A model generated the notes under the pieces. That model was given only the letters and a program-made list of their open reading frames with translations. It did no database searches and was not told where the DNA came from. From Nitrosopumilus sp. (GTDB lineage Archaea; Thermoproteota; Nitrososphaeria; Nitrososphaerales; Nitrosopumilaceae), in assembly GCA_965205215.1 (NCBI GenBank), contig OZ242041.1, forward strand, positions 1,920,001 through 1,984,000: a stretch of 64,000 bases of DNA, given 5' to 3'. Shown one piece after another: positions 9,274-20,800 of this stretch; within the stretch, counting starts at the first letter, position 1, and each line of letters starts with the position of its first letter. The translations under genes were made by a program, and so were the position numbers.

Positions 9274-10962
9274 TCAGACGGGCAGCGCGACTCCCGCAAG
9301 CCTGTCATAGTACAGCATGCACATTATTGCCACCAGCAGCACCCCCGTGTGCAGGCTGTGCAGTATGGTTGCATGCCTGATCTGCGAGACCAGCACCATC
9401 GAGCAGAACGCCCCCACCACGACAAGCACCAGGTTCAGCTCCGCAAGCAGCCCGCCCAGGTCATACCCCAGGTATGAGGCGCCCGATACCGTTTCGGCGT
9501 CCGGGGCGGCGGAGCCCGCCAGAACGTCGAGCGCTGCGAACTGGTCAAAGCTCATCACCGGGATCATCATAATCATCATCACCACGATGACGGATCCCAT
9601 GTACCCGGTCATCAGCGGCGTCGCGGTCTTGGCCGACATCTCCCTTTTGGTCTCGACGTGGTGCGACGCGAACAGAGCCAGCCTGTCCAGGACGGCGGGC
9701 GTGACAGAGCCGCTACGCGCGGCCTGCGCCATCAGCATCATGACGCAGTCGGCAAGCCACGAGCCCGTGCGCACGTCCCCGAGCGCCCGGGATATCTCGA
9801 CGCCCAGTAGGACGCGGGACTTGACATCCCGCAGGACGGCGTTGAACTGCTCCGTGTACGGGGCCATCCCCTCCGTGGATACGAACGCCGCAAAAAGGCT
9901 CGGGTTTGAGCGCATCTTCTGGTTGATGTCCCTCACGAACGCGGGCACCGACCTCTCCAGGGCCGACATGCCCGCGAGGCGCCCGCGGGACATGCAGTGG
10001 TTTGCGATGCACCATACGGCAAGCGGGACTGCCGCCGTCTCCCACCATGACATGCCAAGCAGGAAGCAGGTTGTGCCCCCGGCGCCCGCCGCCATCACGG
10101 GCATCCTGCGGACGGGTATCCTGCCCGCCGGCACGGGGGATGCTGCCGCCGCCCTTGCCACCAGCACAGCGGTGACGGCGGGCACCGCCAGGATGCCGGA
10201 CGCGCACAGAAACAGGAGCGTGTACTGGTCCATCATTATCCCCCCGACCACGACGAATATCGGGAACATCGCCAGCCCGAACGACCCGACCGTGGCAAGC
10301 ATCTCGGCCGTCGACGCGTACGCGTCCATCCGCTGTCTGGCGGCCGTGTGGTACTCCCGGAGCCTCTCGTGCAGGTATGCCGAGGTGCCGACTCCCCCCG
10401 TGGTCTGCGACACGGCATAGCCGCGCACAAAGTCCCGGAATGCCACAGACGGGTGCGTTGTACCGAGGTCGTGCAGCACGTCTGCAAACGACCTTGAGAA
10501 CACCCGCATCTCGCGGCGTATCACCAGGGACTCGCGGTGCATGGCGGGGAACATCGGGCCGCCGCCCTTGAGCGCCTCAAAGGCGCCGTGCAGCCCGCGG
10601 CCGGTCTTCTCCATTATGTCGCAGTATATGGCAAAAAAGAAGAGCTCCGAGTCCGCGCCGGCCGCCCTCTTGCGCGCGGCATCGCGGAGCCCCGCACCCT
10701 TCATGAAGAACAGGGCCACGGGGGCCGACAGGAACACGAACGCGTGCGGCATTCCCGTTACGGCATACAGGATTACGGAGACGCAGACTGCCGGCATGAC
10801 ACTGAGAAGCGCGGCGCCAACGGATTCCGTGGCCCGCTGGCGCGGGGAGGCCGCGATGCCGGCTACAGGAATGTCCCGCGAGTAGCGCCCCGCGAGGTAT
10901 CGGTGCGCCCGCCTGACGATGCCAAGCCTCAGCATGGCATGCACGGCGCCGCTTGCAATCAT
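9274..10962 (-). CDS. TadC/ArlJ-like (T2SS-F) pilus platform membrane protein
   Basis: Two cytoplasmic GspF-like domains alternating with TM clusters; T9 run just after the stop (9264-9272). Confidence 0.8.
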   Translation of the reverse strand: MIASGAVHAMLRLGIVRRAHRYLAGRYSRDIPVAGIAASPRQRATESVGAALLSVMPAVCVSVILYAVTGMPHAFVFLSAPVALFFMKGAGLRDAARKRAAGADSELFFFAIYCDIMEKTGRGLHGAFEALKGGGPMFPAMHRESLVIRREMRVFSRSFADVLHDLGTTHPSVAFRDFVRGYAVSQTTGGVGTSAYLHERLREYHTAARQRMDAYASTAEMLATVGSFGLAMFPIFVVVGGIMMDQYTLLFLCASGILAVPAVTAVLVARAAAASPVPAGRIPVRRMPVMAAGAGGTTCFLLGMSWWETAAVPLAVWCIANHCMSRGRLAGMSALERSVPAFVRDINQKMRSNPSLFAAFVSTEGMAPYTEQFNAVLRDVKSRVLLGVEISRALGDVRTGSWLADCVMMLMAQAARSGSVTPAVLDRLALFASHHVETKREMSAKTATPLMTGYMGSVIVVMMIMMIPVMSFDQFAALDVLAGSAAPDAETVSGASYLGYDLGGLLAELNLVLVVVGAFCSMVLVSQIRHATILHSLHTGVLLVAIMCMLYYDRLAGVALPV

Positions 10963-10996
10963 TCTTGCGCTCCCCTCCTCCGTCTGCCACGCGCCG

Positions 10997-13900
10997 TTAC
11001 GGCCGCGTCCGGGGCGATCCCCCGCCCCCTTTTGTCACTCCGTCAAGCGCGCCGTATATCACGTAGGATATGCGCGAGCCCGCCCTCCTGCATACAACGT
11101 ACCCCGCGGCCGCCGCCGCGGCCGCCAGTATGATGTACACCACGCGCGCATAGTCCGGCTCGTACACGGCCGCCATTTCTATATCGCGGTGGGCCTGCAT
11201 GACAAACGAGGACGGCTTGCCGGGAGCCCCCTCCCAGTATGCCAGGCGCTCCGGTATGAGATACGGTATGACGTGGCCCGGCTCCGCCCTCACCTGGACG
11301 TCGGCCCCGTACGGGTATATGCCGCCGCCCGAACCGCCCGTCACGAACACCTGCACGCTGTTCTCATATATGGCGGTGACCGTTACGGTGTCGTCACCAG
11401 GCCCCACGCGTATCGCATCGTATATGCCGTCGCCGTCGCCGTCTGTAAGGTACCCCCCGCCCCCGCCGTACACCACGTCGAGCAGGCCGTACCCCGAGTC
11501 AATCGTATCTGGAAACTCGAGCTGCAGGTGCACCGGGTGGCTCAGCACGGTCTCAAACGGCGTGGCCAGTGTAGTGCCGTTGCCCAGCGAGAACTCCACC
11601 TCGAGCCCGCTGCCGCCGTCGTCTGATACGGCATCCACATTTAGCAGGACCGCCATCTCCGAATGCACGGGTACGGACACGGAGCCGGGCTCGAACCCGT
11701 CCAGGTGGCCCCGCACCACGATGACGGCATCGCCCTGGGTGGTGGGGGTGACCCGGAACACGCCGGGCGCGGTCTGCTCCGCGGGCCAGGGCGAGTCCGC
11801 CACCTCGTATGATATGGGCGGGGCGCGGGCGGCGCCTGCCGCGCCATCGCCGCCGTCATTGCCGTGCCCATCCGCAGGTGGCGGGGCGCCGGCTGCCGTC
11901 GTAATGGTAATCGGTGACACCACCCTAATCTCAAACGGCTCGCCCGCGGCGACCCGCGGCGGGGCGTCGGCCGTGAGGTTCATGAGATTGAGAAACGAGA
12001 CTATCTCTTTCTGGATGCCGCCCCCCAGATAATGCAGGATCCCGACCATGTGGGAGCCGGCTCCCGATACGGCGGCCGCCGTCCCGTTGCTGTACAGGAA
12101 TCCCGTGGCCGCGACAGAAGGTGTTACGCCGGCTCCCTCTTCTGCCGACGACGGCGCCGCCGCGCCCACCTTCTCCACCGGCACCCCGAACGGGTCCACC
12201 GTGTGGATCGCGACCGGAAAGTCCTCGCCCGAGTGCACCACGGATGGCACGGCCATCTCTATGGAGACCGGGACGCCGCCAGGCGTTATGGTGCCGCGCG
12301 CGGGGCCCGCCGCCCCGGGGCTGCCCTCCAGCGTGGCGACCACGCCCGTCTCCCCCGCGACTGCGCCGTATATGACGGCCGTGTTCGATGACGACGATGA
12401 CAGCGTGCCGACCGACACGTTCTCGACGCGGCCGTCACCAAAGGCCGCGGATATGGTCCTGTCCCGCCCGAACTCGTCATACACGTCTATTATCCGGCCC
12501 TTGCCGTCCGTAATGCTCGCCATATACAGCGGCTGCACGCCGCCAGATATGGCGGGGACCGGGACGAGCTGCAGGCGGTAGTCGGCCCCGTACGGGGCTA
12601 CCACGCGGAGCGTGCCGGTGTCCGTGCGGCCCCCCGAGGTCACGCTGACGTCGTACGCGCCCTCCCGGCCCGCAAATATCGGAAAGTCGTACGCGTTTGT
12701 GTACCTGGTCGGGTGGGCCACATGGACGGGCTGCACGAGTATGTCCCCGTGCGGCGCGGCCACCGTCACGCGGTGGTAGTCGGTCCTTGCAGGAATCAGG
12801 CGCGTGTACTCGGACTCCGTGTCTATTTTCGTGCCGTTCTCGTCGTATGTGACCGTGTGTACCGTCTCCGTCTCCAGGTGGTAAAAGCCGACCGTCCCGC
12901 GCGCGGCGTGGCTGGTCACGTCTGGATATATCCAGAACCGCACGTGGTTTGCGGGGGGCTGGTCCGGCAGCTCCCGCGGGATCTTTGGGATGCCCTGGTG
13001 CCCTCCCTGTATGGCAGAGCGGGCGTGCTCGCCTATGATGCGCTGCGCGTACTCCCGGAACGTCTCGACGGTACTGTCGCCGCACCCGGCCGGCGCTGCC
13101 GCCGCCGCCGCATTGCCGGCTCCCGCGGCGCCTGTGTCGCGCGCCGCCGTGCCGTTTTCTGGCATCTGCAGGACGCCACCGCCGTCATCTGCGCCGTCAC
13201 GGTCGGCGCCGCCATTTGCACCGCCGAACACGACCGCGCCGACGCATACCTGGGCGGACGCGACGCCGTACCCCGGTATCGTTGCAGTCAGGACGGCATG
13301 CCCGGGTTCCAGGCCCGCATAGGCCACGCCCCGGGCCACGCCGTTGCGCACCACGATCGTGTCGGAGTTTGCGTCCCTGTTTGCGGGGACGCTCTCTGTC
13401 AGCCGAACCACGTCCACGTCCGTGGTCTGGAGCTCGCCGCGTATGGTGCGCGGCGGGTGGAAGGGGCTGCCTCCCACCACCACGCCATCATCGCCATCCC
13501 CGCCCCTTTCCATCCATATCACATAGTGTATGACGCCCCCCTGCAGGACCACGTCGGGGACGGCAGCCACGTGGACCCTGACCGCGTCCCGTTCATACGC
13601 GATGCGCTCCACGTCGGCCTCCAGCCCCGCGGCCGCCGCCGTGACGGAACCGGACCCGTTGACCTGCAGCGCGAACGCCGCGTGGGTCTGCCCCTCCGCT
13701 ATGTGAACGGTCCGTGGTACTCCTATCATGCCCGACGCCGCCACCCGGACGTCCGTGTCCCGCACCGCCTGCACGGGGTACCCGTTCCCGTCAAGCATCA
13801 CCACGACCGCGGTGACATCGGACGCGGACGTCAGGTTGCCCGGCATGACCAGGTCCAGGCCCCGGGGGCCCGCATACGGCGAGAACACGGTGCCGCCTGC

Positions 13901-14386
13901 CAGCCCGACGTCGCCCGCGTGGGCGGCGTGCACCTCTGCGGGGCCGCTCCGGACCGCCCGTATCTCAAATATGCCGTGGTTCATGCCGGGCGGTATGGTC
14001 GTAGTATCGGGTATGCTGACGGACGCGGATCCGGTTGCCAGGTGTATGGTCCGGTCAGACATTGCGCCAAAGGGCGCGGGCCTGTCGGTTACGGCGACCC
14101 CCTGGTACGTCTGGCCCGCGATCATCTTGTCCGGTATGTGCAGGTAGAGCGCGGCCTCTGCCGGGGCCGCGCCAAACGGGGCGGCGTGCCCGCCGCCGGC
14201 AGCCGTATCCACAAGGGTAAGAAGGGAGACCGCGGCGGCGGCGCATATCGCCATCAAAAAGTACGCTGCCTGCCGCGATCTCACGACATGTGGATTCCGA
14301 ATCTGATAAAAGGCGGCACGCGCACCGGAGCCGTCATTAACGGGATGGCGTATTGGCCGGGACGCGTACTGGCCCGTCAGGACCAT
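10997..14386 (-). CDS. Large secreted, C-terminally membrane-anchored beta-rich (Ig-like) protein
   Basis: Signal-like AAYFLMAICAAAAVSLLTLV and C-terminal TM VVYIILAAAAAAAGYVVC; start position uncertain. Confidence 0.75.
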   Translation of the reverse strand: MVLTGQYASRPIRHPVNDGSGARAAFYQIRNPHVVRSRQAAYFLMAICAAAAVSLLTLVDTAAGGGHAAPFGAAPAEAALYLHIPDKMIAGQTYQGVAVTDRPAPFGAMSDRTIHLATGSASVSIPDTTTIPPGMNHGIFEIRAVRSGPAEVHAAHAGDVGLAGGTVFSPYAGPRGLDLVMPGNLTSASDVTAVVVMLDGNGYPVQAVRDTDVRVAASGMIGVPRTVHIAEGQTHAAFALQVNGSGSVTAAAAGLEADVERIAYERDAVRVHVAAVPDVVLQGGVIHYVIWMERGGDGDDGVVVGGSPFHPPRTIRGELQTTDVDVVRLTESVPANRDANSDTIVVRNGVARGVAYAGLEPGHAVLTATIPGYGVASAQVCVGAVVFGGANGGADRDGADDGGGVLQMPENGTAARDTGAAGAGNAAAAAAPAGCGDSTVETFREYAQRIIGEHARSAIQGGHQGIPKIPRELPDQPPANHVRFWIYPDVTSHAARGTVGFYHLETETVHTVTYDENGTKIDTESEYTRLIPARTDYHRVTVAAPHGDILVQPVHVAHPTRYTNAYDFPIFAGREGAYDVSVTSGGRTDTGTLRVVAPYGADYRLQLVPVPAISGGVQPLYMASITDGKGRIIDVYDEFGRDRTISAAFGDGRVENVSVGTLSSSSSNTAVIYGAVAGETGVVATLEGSPGAAGPARGTITPGGVPVSIEMAVPSVVHSGEDFPVAIHTVDPFGVPVEKVGAAAPSSAEEGAGVTPSVAATGFLYSNGTAAAVSGAGSHMVGILHYLGGGIQKEIVSFLNLMNLTADAPPRVAAGEPFEIRVVSPITITTAAGAPPPADGHGNDGGDGAAGAARAPPISYEVADSPWPAEQTAPGVFRVTPTTQGDAVIVVRGHLDGFEPGSVSVPVHSEMAVLLNVDAVSDDGGSGLEVEFSLGNGTTLATPFETVLSHPVHLQLEFPDTIDSGYGLLDVVYGGGGGYLTDGDGDGIYDAIRVGPGDDTVTVTAIYENSVQVFVTGGSGGGIYPYGADVQVRAEPGHVIPYLIPERLAYWEGAPGKPSSFVMQAHRDIEMAAVYEPDYARVVYIILAAAAAAAGYVVCRRAGSRISYVIYGALDGVTKGGGGSPRTRP

Positions 14387-14856
14387 CGGCAGCCTTCAGA
14401 ACGAGGCAGGACAGGCACTGCCGAACCAAGTCGTATTGTAGCTGAACGCGCCTCCCTCCAGATATTGGACAGACCCGCGATCCTCGAATCCGCATGCCCC
14501 GCCATTTTGGACACTGGTGCAAATCCGGGAGATAGGCACAAAAAATAAGGGGATTGGGGACTCAGTTTCCTTCCGGCACGGATGGTTCTTCGTTGCCCCC
14601 CGACAAACTTCCCCACCAGGGCTTTGCATATCACGGCCTTTGCGTCCTTGTCGTCAAACGGCTCGGACGGGAGCCGGGCCGCCCGTCCACCGGACAGTCT
14701 CTTGATTGCGGCCTCCAGTTCCGCAGCCCCTGCTTCCAGTGTATTGACTCGATCCTCCAGGGCGGCAACGCCGGCCGTTCTGGGCGTTGCAGGCGGCACG
14801 GGGGGCGGCAACGCCGGCGGTATCGAGTACGGCGATGCCGTACGGCCGGGGGCGGA

Positions 14857-17800
14857 TCACCTGCATACACGCGGGGCGCCCGGCTGCGGCGGCGCGGTCG
14901 GCGGCACGTCTTCGGGGCCGGGCGGCTGTGCGCCCTTGGTGGAGATTGTCACGAGGTTGGAGACGGGCGACGCCCCGCCGGGGTTGACGGCGGCCACGCC
15001 GAACTCGTAGGCGGTGTCAGGTTCTAATCCGTGCACGGTGTGCGAGGTGCCGGGGCCGCCCGTACTGCCAACCGGCACCAGGTCGGACTGGACGGCGGGT
15101 ATCCGGAACACGACTGCGTACCCGGTTATGGACTCGTCCCCGGGATCGTCCCAGGCCAACGTCACAGAGTCTGCCGTGGAGGAGGCCGTGAGGTTGGTCG
15201 GGGCGGAGGGCGGCGGCGGCGGCGGCGCGTCCCGGACGGTTATGGTAACCGTGTCAGTGGACGTATCGCTGCCGTCGGAGACCGCGAGCGTGAACGTATA
15301 GTCGGTATGGGATGCGACGGCGGGCGCCGTAAAGGAGGGGGCCGGGGTGTCGGGGTTGTCCAGGGCTATGCCGTGCGGGGCAGTCCAGGCGTACGCCAGC
15401 GGATCGCCGTCCGGGTCAGAGGACGCGGAGCCGTCCAGTGTGACTGTAGCGCCCCCGTCCACCACCCGGTCAGGTCCCGCGTCTGCGGCAGGCGGGGAGT
15501 TGGGCGGCGGTGGCGGTGGCGGTGGCGGTGGCGGTGGCGGTGGCGGTGGCGGTGGCGGTGGCGGTGGCGGTGGCGGTGGCGTACCCCGACCGAGCGACTT
15601 GATCGTTATCGTGACTGTGTCGGTGTCTGAAAGGGAGCCGTCAGAGACGTTTAGGGTGATGGTGTAGGCAGTACCGTCTGCGACGTCAGGGGCCGTGAAG
15701 AACGGTGATTGGGCGGTGTCCTTGTTCAACGTTATGCCCGCAGGCGCGGTCCATTTGTACGTCAGGGTATCGCCGTCGGGGTCAGAGGACGCGGATCCGT
15801 TCAGTATTACGGGGGTTCCCGCGTTTGCCTCTTGATCTGCGCCGGCGTCCGCGACGGGGGCGCGGTTGGCCTCGCGCACGGTTACGGTTACGGTGTCCGT
15901 GTCAAATAGGGTGCCGTCGGTGACGTTGAGGGTGACGACGTAGTCCGTGTCCGACGAAACATCGGGGGCCGTGAACGTGGGGGACTGGGCGGCGGTATCG
16001 CTGAGTGTTATGCCCGCAGGCGCGGTCCAGCTGTACGTTATGGTGTCGCCGTCCGGATCCGAGGATGCAGAACCGTCTAGGGTGACGAGGGTCCGCTCTG
16101 ACGCGGCCTTGTCTGCGCCGGCGTCCGCGACGGGGGCGCGGTTGACGTTCCGGACGGTTACGGTTACGGTGTCCGTGTCGGACAGGGTGCCGTCGGTGAC
16201 GTTGAGGGTGACGACGTAGTCCGTGTCGGACGTGACCTCGGGGGCCGTGAACGTGGGGGACTGGGCGGCGGCGTCGGTGAACGTCAGGCCCGGCACCGAG
16301 GTCCAGCTGTACGTTATGGTGTCGCCGTCCGGATCCGAGGAGCCGGAGCCGTCGAGGGTGATGGTCGCCCGTTCAGATGCGGTCCGGTTCGCGCCGGCGT
16401 CCGCGACGGGGGCGCGGTTGGTCTCCCTTACGGTTATGGTGACGGTGTCCGTGTCGGACAGGGTGCCGTCGGTGACGTTGAGGGTGACGACGTAGTCCGT
16501 GTCCGACGAAACATCGGGGGCCGTGAACGTGGGTGACGCGGTGGTGGCGCCGGTGAGTGTTATGCCCGCAGGCGCGGTCCAGCTGTACGTTATGGTGTCG
16601 CCGTCCGGGTCACTGGATGAGGAGCCGTCGAGGGTGACGAGGGTCCGCTCTGACGCGGCCTTGTCTGCGCCGGCGTCCGCGACGGGGGCGCGGTTGACGT
16701 TCCGGACGGTTACGGTTACGGTATCCGTGTTGGACAGGGTGCCGTCGGTGACGTTGAGGGTGACGACGTAGTCCGTGTCGGACGTGACCTCGGGGGCCGT
16801 GAACGTGGGGGACTGGGCGGCGACGTTGTCAAACGTCAGGCCCGGCACCGAGGTCCAGCTGTACGTTATGGTGTCGCCGTCCGGATCCGAGGAGCCGGAG
16901 CCGGTGAGTGTGACGGTGGTCCGCTCGTCGGCCGACTGGTCCGCACCGGCGTCCGCGACGGGGGCGCGGTTGACCTCGCGCACCGTTATGGTGACGGTGT
17001 CCGTGTCGGACAGGGTGCCGTCGGAGACGTTGAGGGTGAAGGTGTAGCTGGTGTCCGATGTCACGTCGGGGGCCGTGAACGTGGGGGACTGGGCGGCGGT
17101 ATCGCTGAGTGTTATGCCCGCGGGCGCCGTCCAGCTGTACGTTATGGTGTCGCCGTCCGGGTCAGACGACGCGGAGCCGTCGAGGGTGACGAGGGTACGC
17201 TCGTCCGCGGTTTGGTTGGCGCCGGCGTCCGCGGTGGGGGCGCGGTTGACCTCCCGTACGGTTACGGTTACGGTGTCCGTGTCAAATAGGGAGCCGTCGG
17301 TGACGTTGAGGGTGAAGGTGTAGCCGGTGTCCGATGTCACGTCGGGGGCCGTGAACGTGGGGGACTGGGCGGCGGCGTCGCTCAGGGTGATGCCCGCGGG
17401 CGCCGTCCAGCTGTACGTTATGGTGTCGCCGTCCGGGTCAGACGACGCGGAGCCGTCGAGGGTGACGAGGGTACGCTCGTCCGCGGTTTGGTTGGCGCCG
17501 GCGTCCGCGGTGGGGGCGCGGTTGACCTCCCGTACGGTTACGGTTACGGTGTCCGTGTCAAATAGGGAGCCGTCGGTGACGTTGAGGGTGAAGGTGTAGC
17601 CGGTGTCCGATGTCACGTCGGGGGCCGTGAACGTGGGGGACTGGGCGGCGGCGTCGCTCAGGGTGATGCCCGCGGGCGCCGTCCAGCTGTACGTTATGGT
17701 GTCGCCGTCCGGGTCAGACGACGCGGAGCCGTCGAGGGTGACGAGGGTACGCTCGTCCGCGGTTTGGTTGGCGCCGGCGTCCGCGGTGGGGGCGCGGTTG

Positions 17801-20800
17801 ACCTCCCGTACGGTTACGGTTACGGTGTCCGTGTCAAATAGGGAGCCGTCGGTGACGTTGAGGGTGAAGGTGTAGCCGGTGTCCGATGTCACGTCGGGGG
17901 CCGTGAACGTGGGGGACTGGGCGGCGGCGTCGCTCAGGGTGATGCCCGCGGGCGCCGTCCAGCTGTACGTTATGGTGTCGCCGTCCGGGTCAGACGACGC
18001 GGAGCCGTCTAGGGTGACGGTGGTCCGCTCGCTTGCCGACTGGTTGGCGCCGGCGTCGGCCACGGGGGCGCGGTTGACGTGCCGCACCGTTACGGTTACG
18101 GTGTCCGTGTCGGACAGGGTGCCGTCGGAGACTTCCAGCGTCAGGGTATAGTCGGTGTCAGACGTAACTTCGGGGGCCGTGAACGTGGGGGACTGGGCCG
18201 CGGCGTTGTCAAACGTCAGGCTAGGCACCGAGGTCCAGCTGTACGTTATGGTGTCGTTGTCAGGATCCGAGGATGCAGAGCCGTCGAGGGTGACGAGGGT
18301 ACGCTCGTCCGCGGTTTGGTTGGCGCCGGCGTCCGCGGTGGGGGCGCGGTTGACCTCCCGTACGGTTACGGTTACGGTGTCCGTGTCGGACAGGGTGCCG
18401 TCGGTGACGTTGAGGGTGAAGGTGTAGCCGGTGTCCGATGTCACGTCGGGGGCCGTGAACGTGGGGGACTGGGCGGCGGCGTCGCTCAGGGTGATGCCCG
18501 CGGGCGCCATCCAGCTGTACGTTATGGTGTCGCCGTCCGGGTCAGACGACGCGGAGCCGTCTAGGGTGACGGTGGTCCGCTCGCTTGCCGACTGGTTGGC
18601 GCCGGCGTCGGCCACGGGGGCGCGGTTGACGTGCCGCACCGTTACGGTTACGGTGTCCGTGTCGGACAGGGTGCCGTCGGTGACGTTGAGGGTGAAGGTG
18701 TAGCCGGTGTCCGATGTCACGTCGGGGGCCGTGAACGTGGGGGACTGGGCGGCGGCGTTGCTCAGGGTGATGCCCGCGGGCGCCGTCCAGCTGTACGTCA
18801 GCGCGTCGTTGTCCGGGTCCGAGGATGCAGAGCCGTCGAGGGTGACGAGGGTACGCTCGTCCGCGGTTTGGTTGGCGCCGGCGTCCGCGGTGGGGGCGCG
18901 GTTGACCTCCCGTACGGTTACGGTTACGGTGTCCGTGTCGGACAGGGTGCCGTCGGTGACGTTGAGGGTGAAGGTGTAGCCGGTGTCCGATGTCACGTCG
19001 GGGGCCGTGAACGTGGGGGACTGGGCGGCGGCGTCGCTCAGGGTGATGCCCGCGGGCGCCATCCAGCTGTACGTTATGGTGTCGCCGTCCGGGTCAGACG
19101 ACGCGGAGCCGTCTAGGGTGACGGTGGTCCGCTCGCTTGCCGACTGGTTGGCGCCGGCGTCGGCCACGGGGGCGCGGTTGACGTGCCGCACCGTTACGGT
19201 TACGGTGTCCGTGTCGGACAGGGTGCCGTCGGAGACTTCCAGCGTCAGGGTGTAGTCGGTGTCAGACGTAACTTCGGGGGCCGTGAACGTGGGGGACTGG
19301 GCCGCGGCGTTGTCAAACGTCAGGCTAGGCACCGAGGTCCAGCTGTACGTTATGGTGTCGTTGTCAGGATCCGAGGATGCAGAGCCGTCGAGGGTGACGA
19401 GGGTACGCTCGTCCGCGGTTTGGTTGGCGCCGGCGTCCGCGGTGGGGGCGCGGTTGACCTCCCGTACGGTTACGGTTACGGTGTCCGTGTCAAATAGGGA
19501 GCCGTCGGTGACGTTGAGGGTGAAGGTGTAGCCGGTGTCCGATGTCACGTCGGGGGCCGTGAACGTGGGGGACTGGGCGGCGGCGTTGCTCAGGGTGATG
19601 CCCGCGGGCGCCGTCCAGGCGTACGTCAGGGCGTCGTTGTCCGGATCCGAGGATGCAGAGCCGTCTAGGGTGACGGTGGTCCGCTCGGACGCGGCCTTGT
19701 CTGCGCCGGCGTCCGCGACGGGGGCGCGGTTGACGTGCCGGACGGTTATGGTAACGGTGTCCGTGTCGGACAGGGTGCCGTCGGAGACTTCCAGCGTCAG
19801 GGTGTAGTCGGTGTCCGACGTAACTTCGGGGGCCGTGAACGTGGGGGACTGGGCGGCGGCGTCGCTCAGGGTGATGCCCGCAGGGGCGGTCCAGCTGTAC
19901 GTTATGGTGTTGTTGTCAGGGTCGGACGACGCGGAGCCGTCGAGGGTGACGAGGGTCCGCTCGTCCACGGTCTGACCGGTTCCGGCGTCGGCGACGGGCG
20001 GGAAGTTATCGCGCAGGGATACCAGCTCGAACTGCCGCGTGTTGTTGGTACCGAACAGGCCGGCGGTGGAGGCGGCCCCTATGCTTATGTAGTACGTGGG
20101 TTTTGCGGGGGCGTCGGGCTTTATGGACAGGATGTTGCCGGATATGGCAAAGTGTGAGTTGTCACGGTAACCGTCTGGAAGCGAGTAGTCGGGGCTTTGA
20201 TTGCGCAGAAAGCTGTTCTGTGCCCTGATCTGCGCCACGTAGGTATTGTCCTCATTTACGCTCGTGTTGTTGAGTAGGATATACCAAGGCCCCAGGTTCT
20301 GATCAAAGGCGTCGGCGCCGTCGAACATCTGGTTCATGGAGACCGCACTCGAGACGTTCCAGCCGGATATGTTGGCGTTGAAGGACGCGGCGTGGAGGAA
20401 CATGAAGCTCGTGTCGGTGACGCCGGAGGTGTCCCAGCCGGATATGTCGCCGTTGAAGGACGTGGCGCCCGAGAACATGAATCTCGTGTCGGTGACGCCG
20501 GAGGTGTCCCAGCCGGATATGTCGCCGTTGAAGGACGTGGCGCCCGAGAACATGGAGCTCATGCCGGTGACGCTCGAGACGTTCCAGCCGGATATGTCGC
20601 CGTTGAAGGACGTGGCGCCCGAGAACATGGAGCTCATGCCGGTGACGCTCGAGACGTTCCAGCCGGATATGTCGCCGTTGAAGGACGTGGCGCCCGAGAA
20701 CATGGAGCTCATGCCGGTGACGCTCGAGACGTTCCAGCCGGATATGTCGCCGTTGAAGGACGTGGCGCCCGAGAACATACTTGTCGTGTCGGTGACGCCG

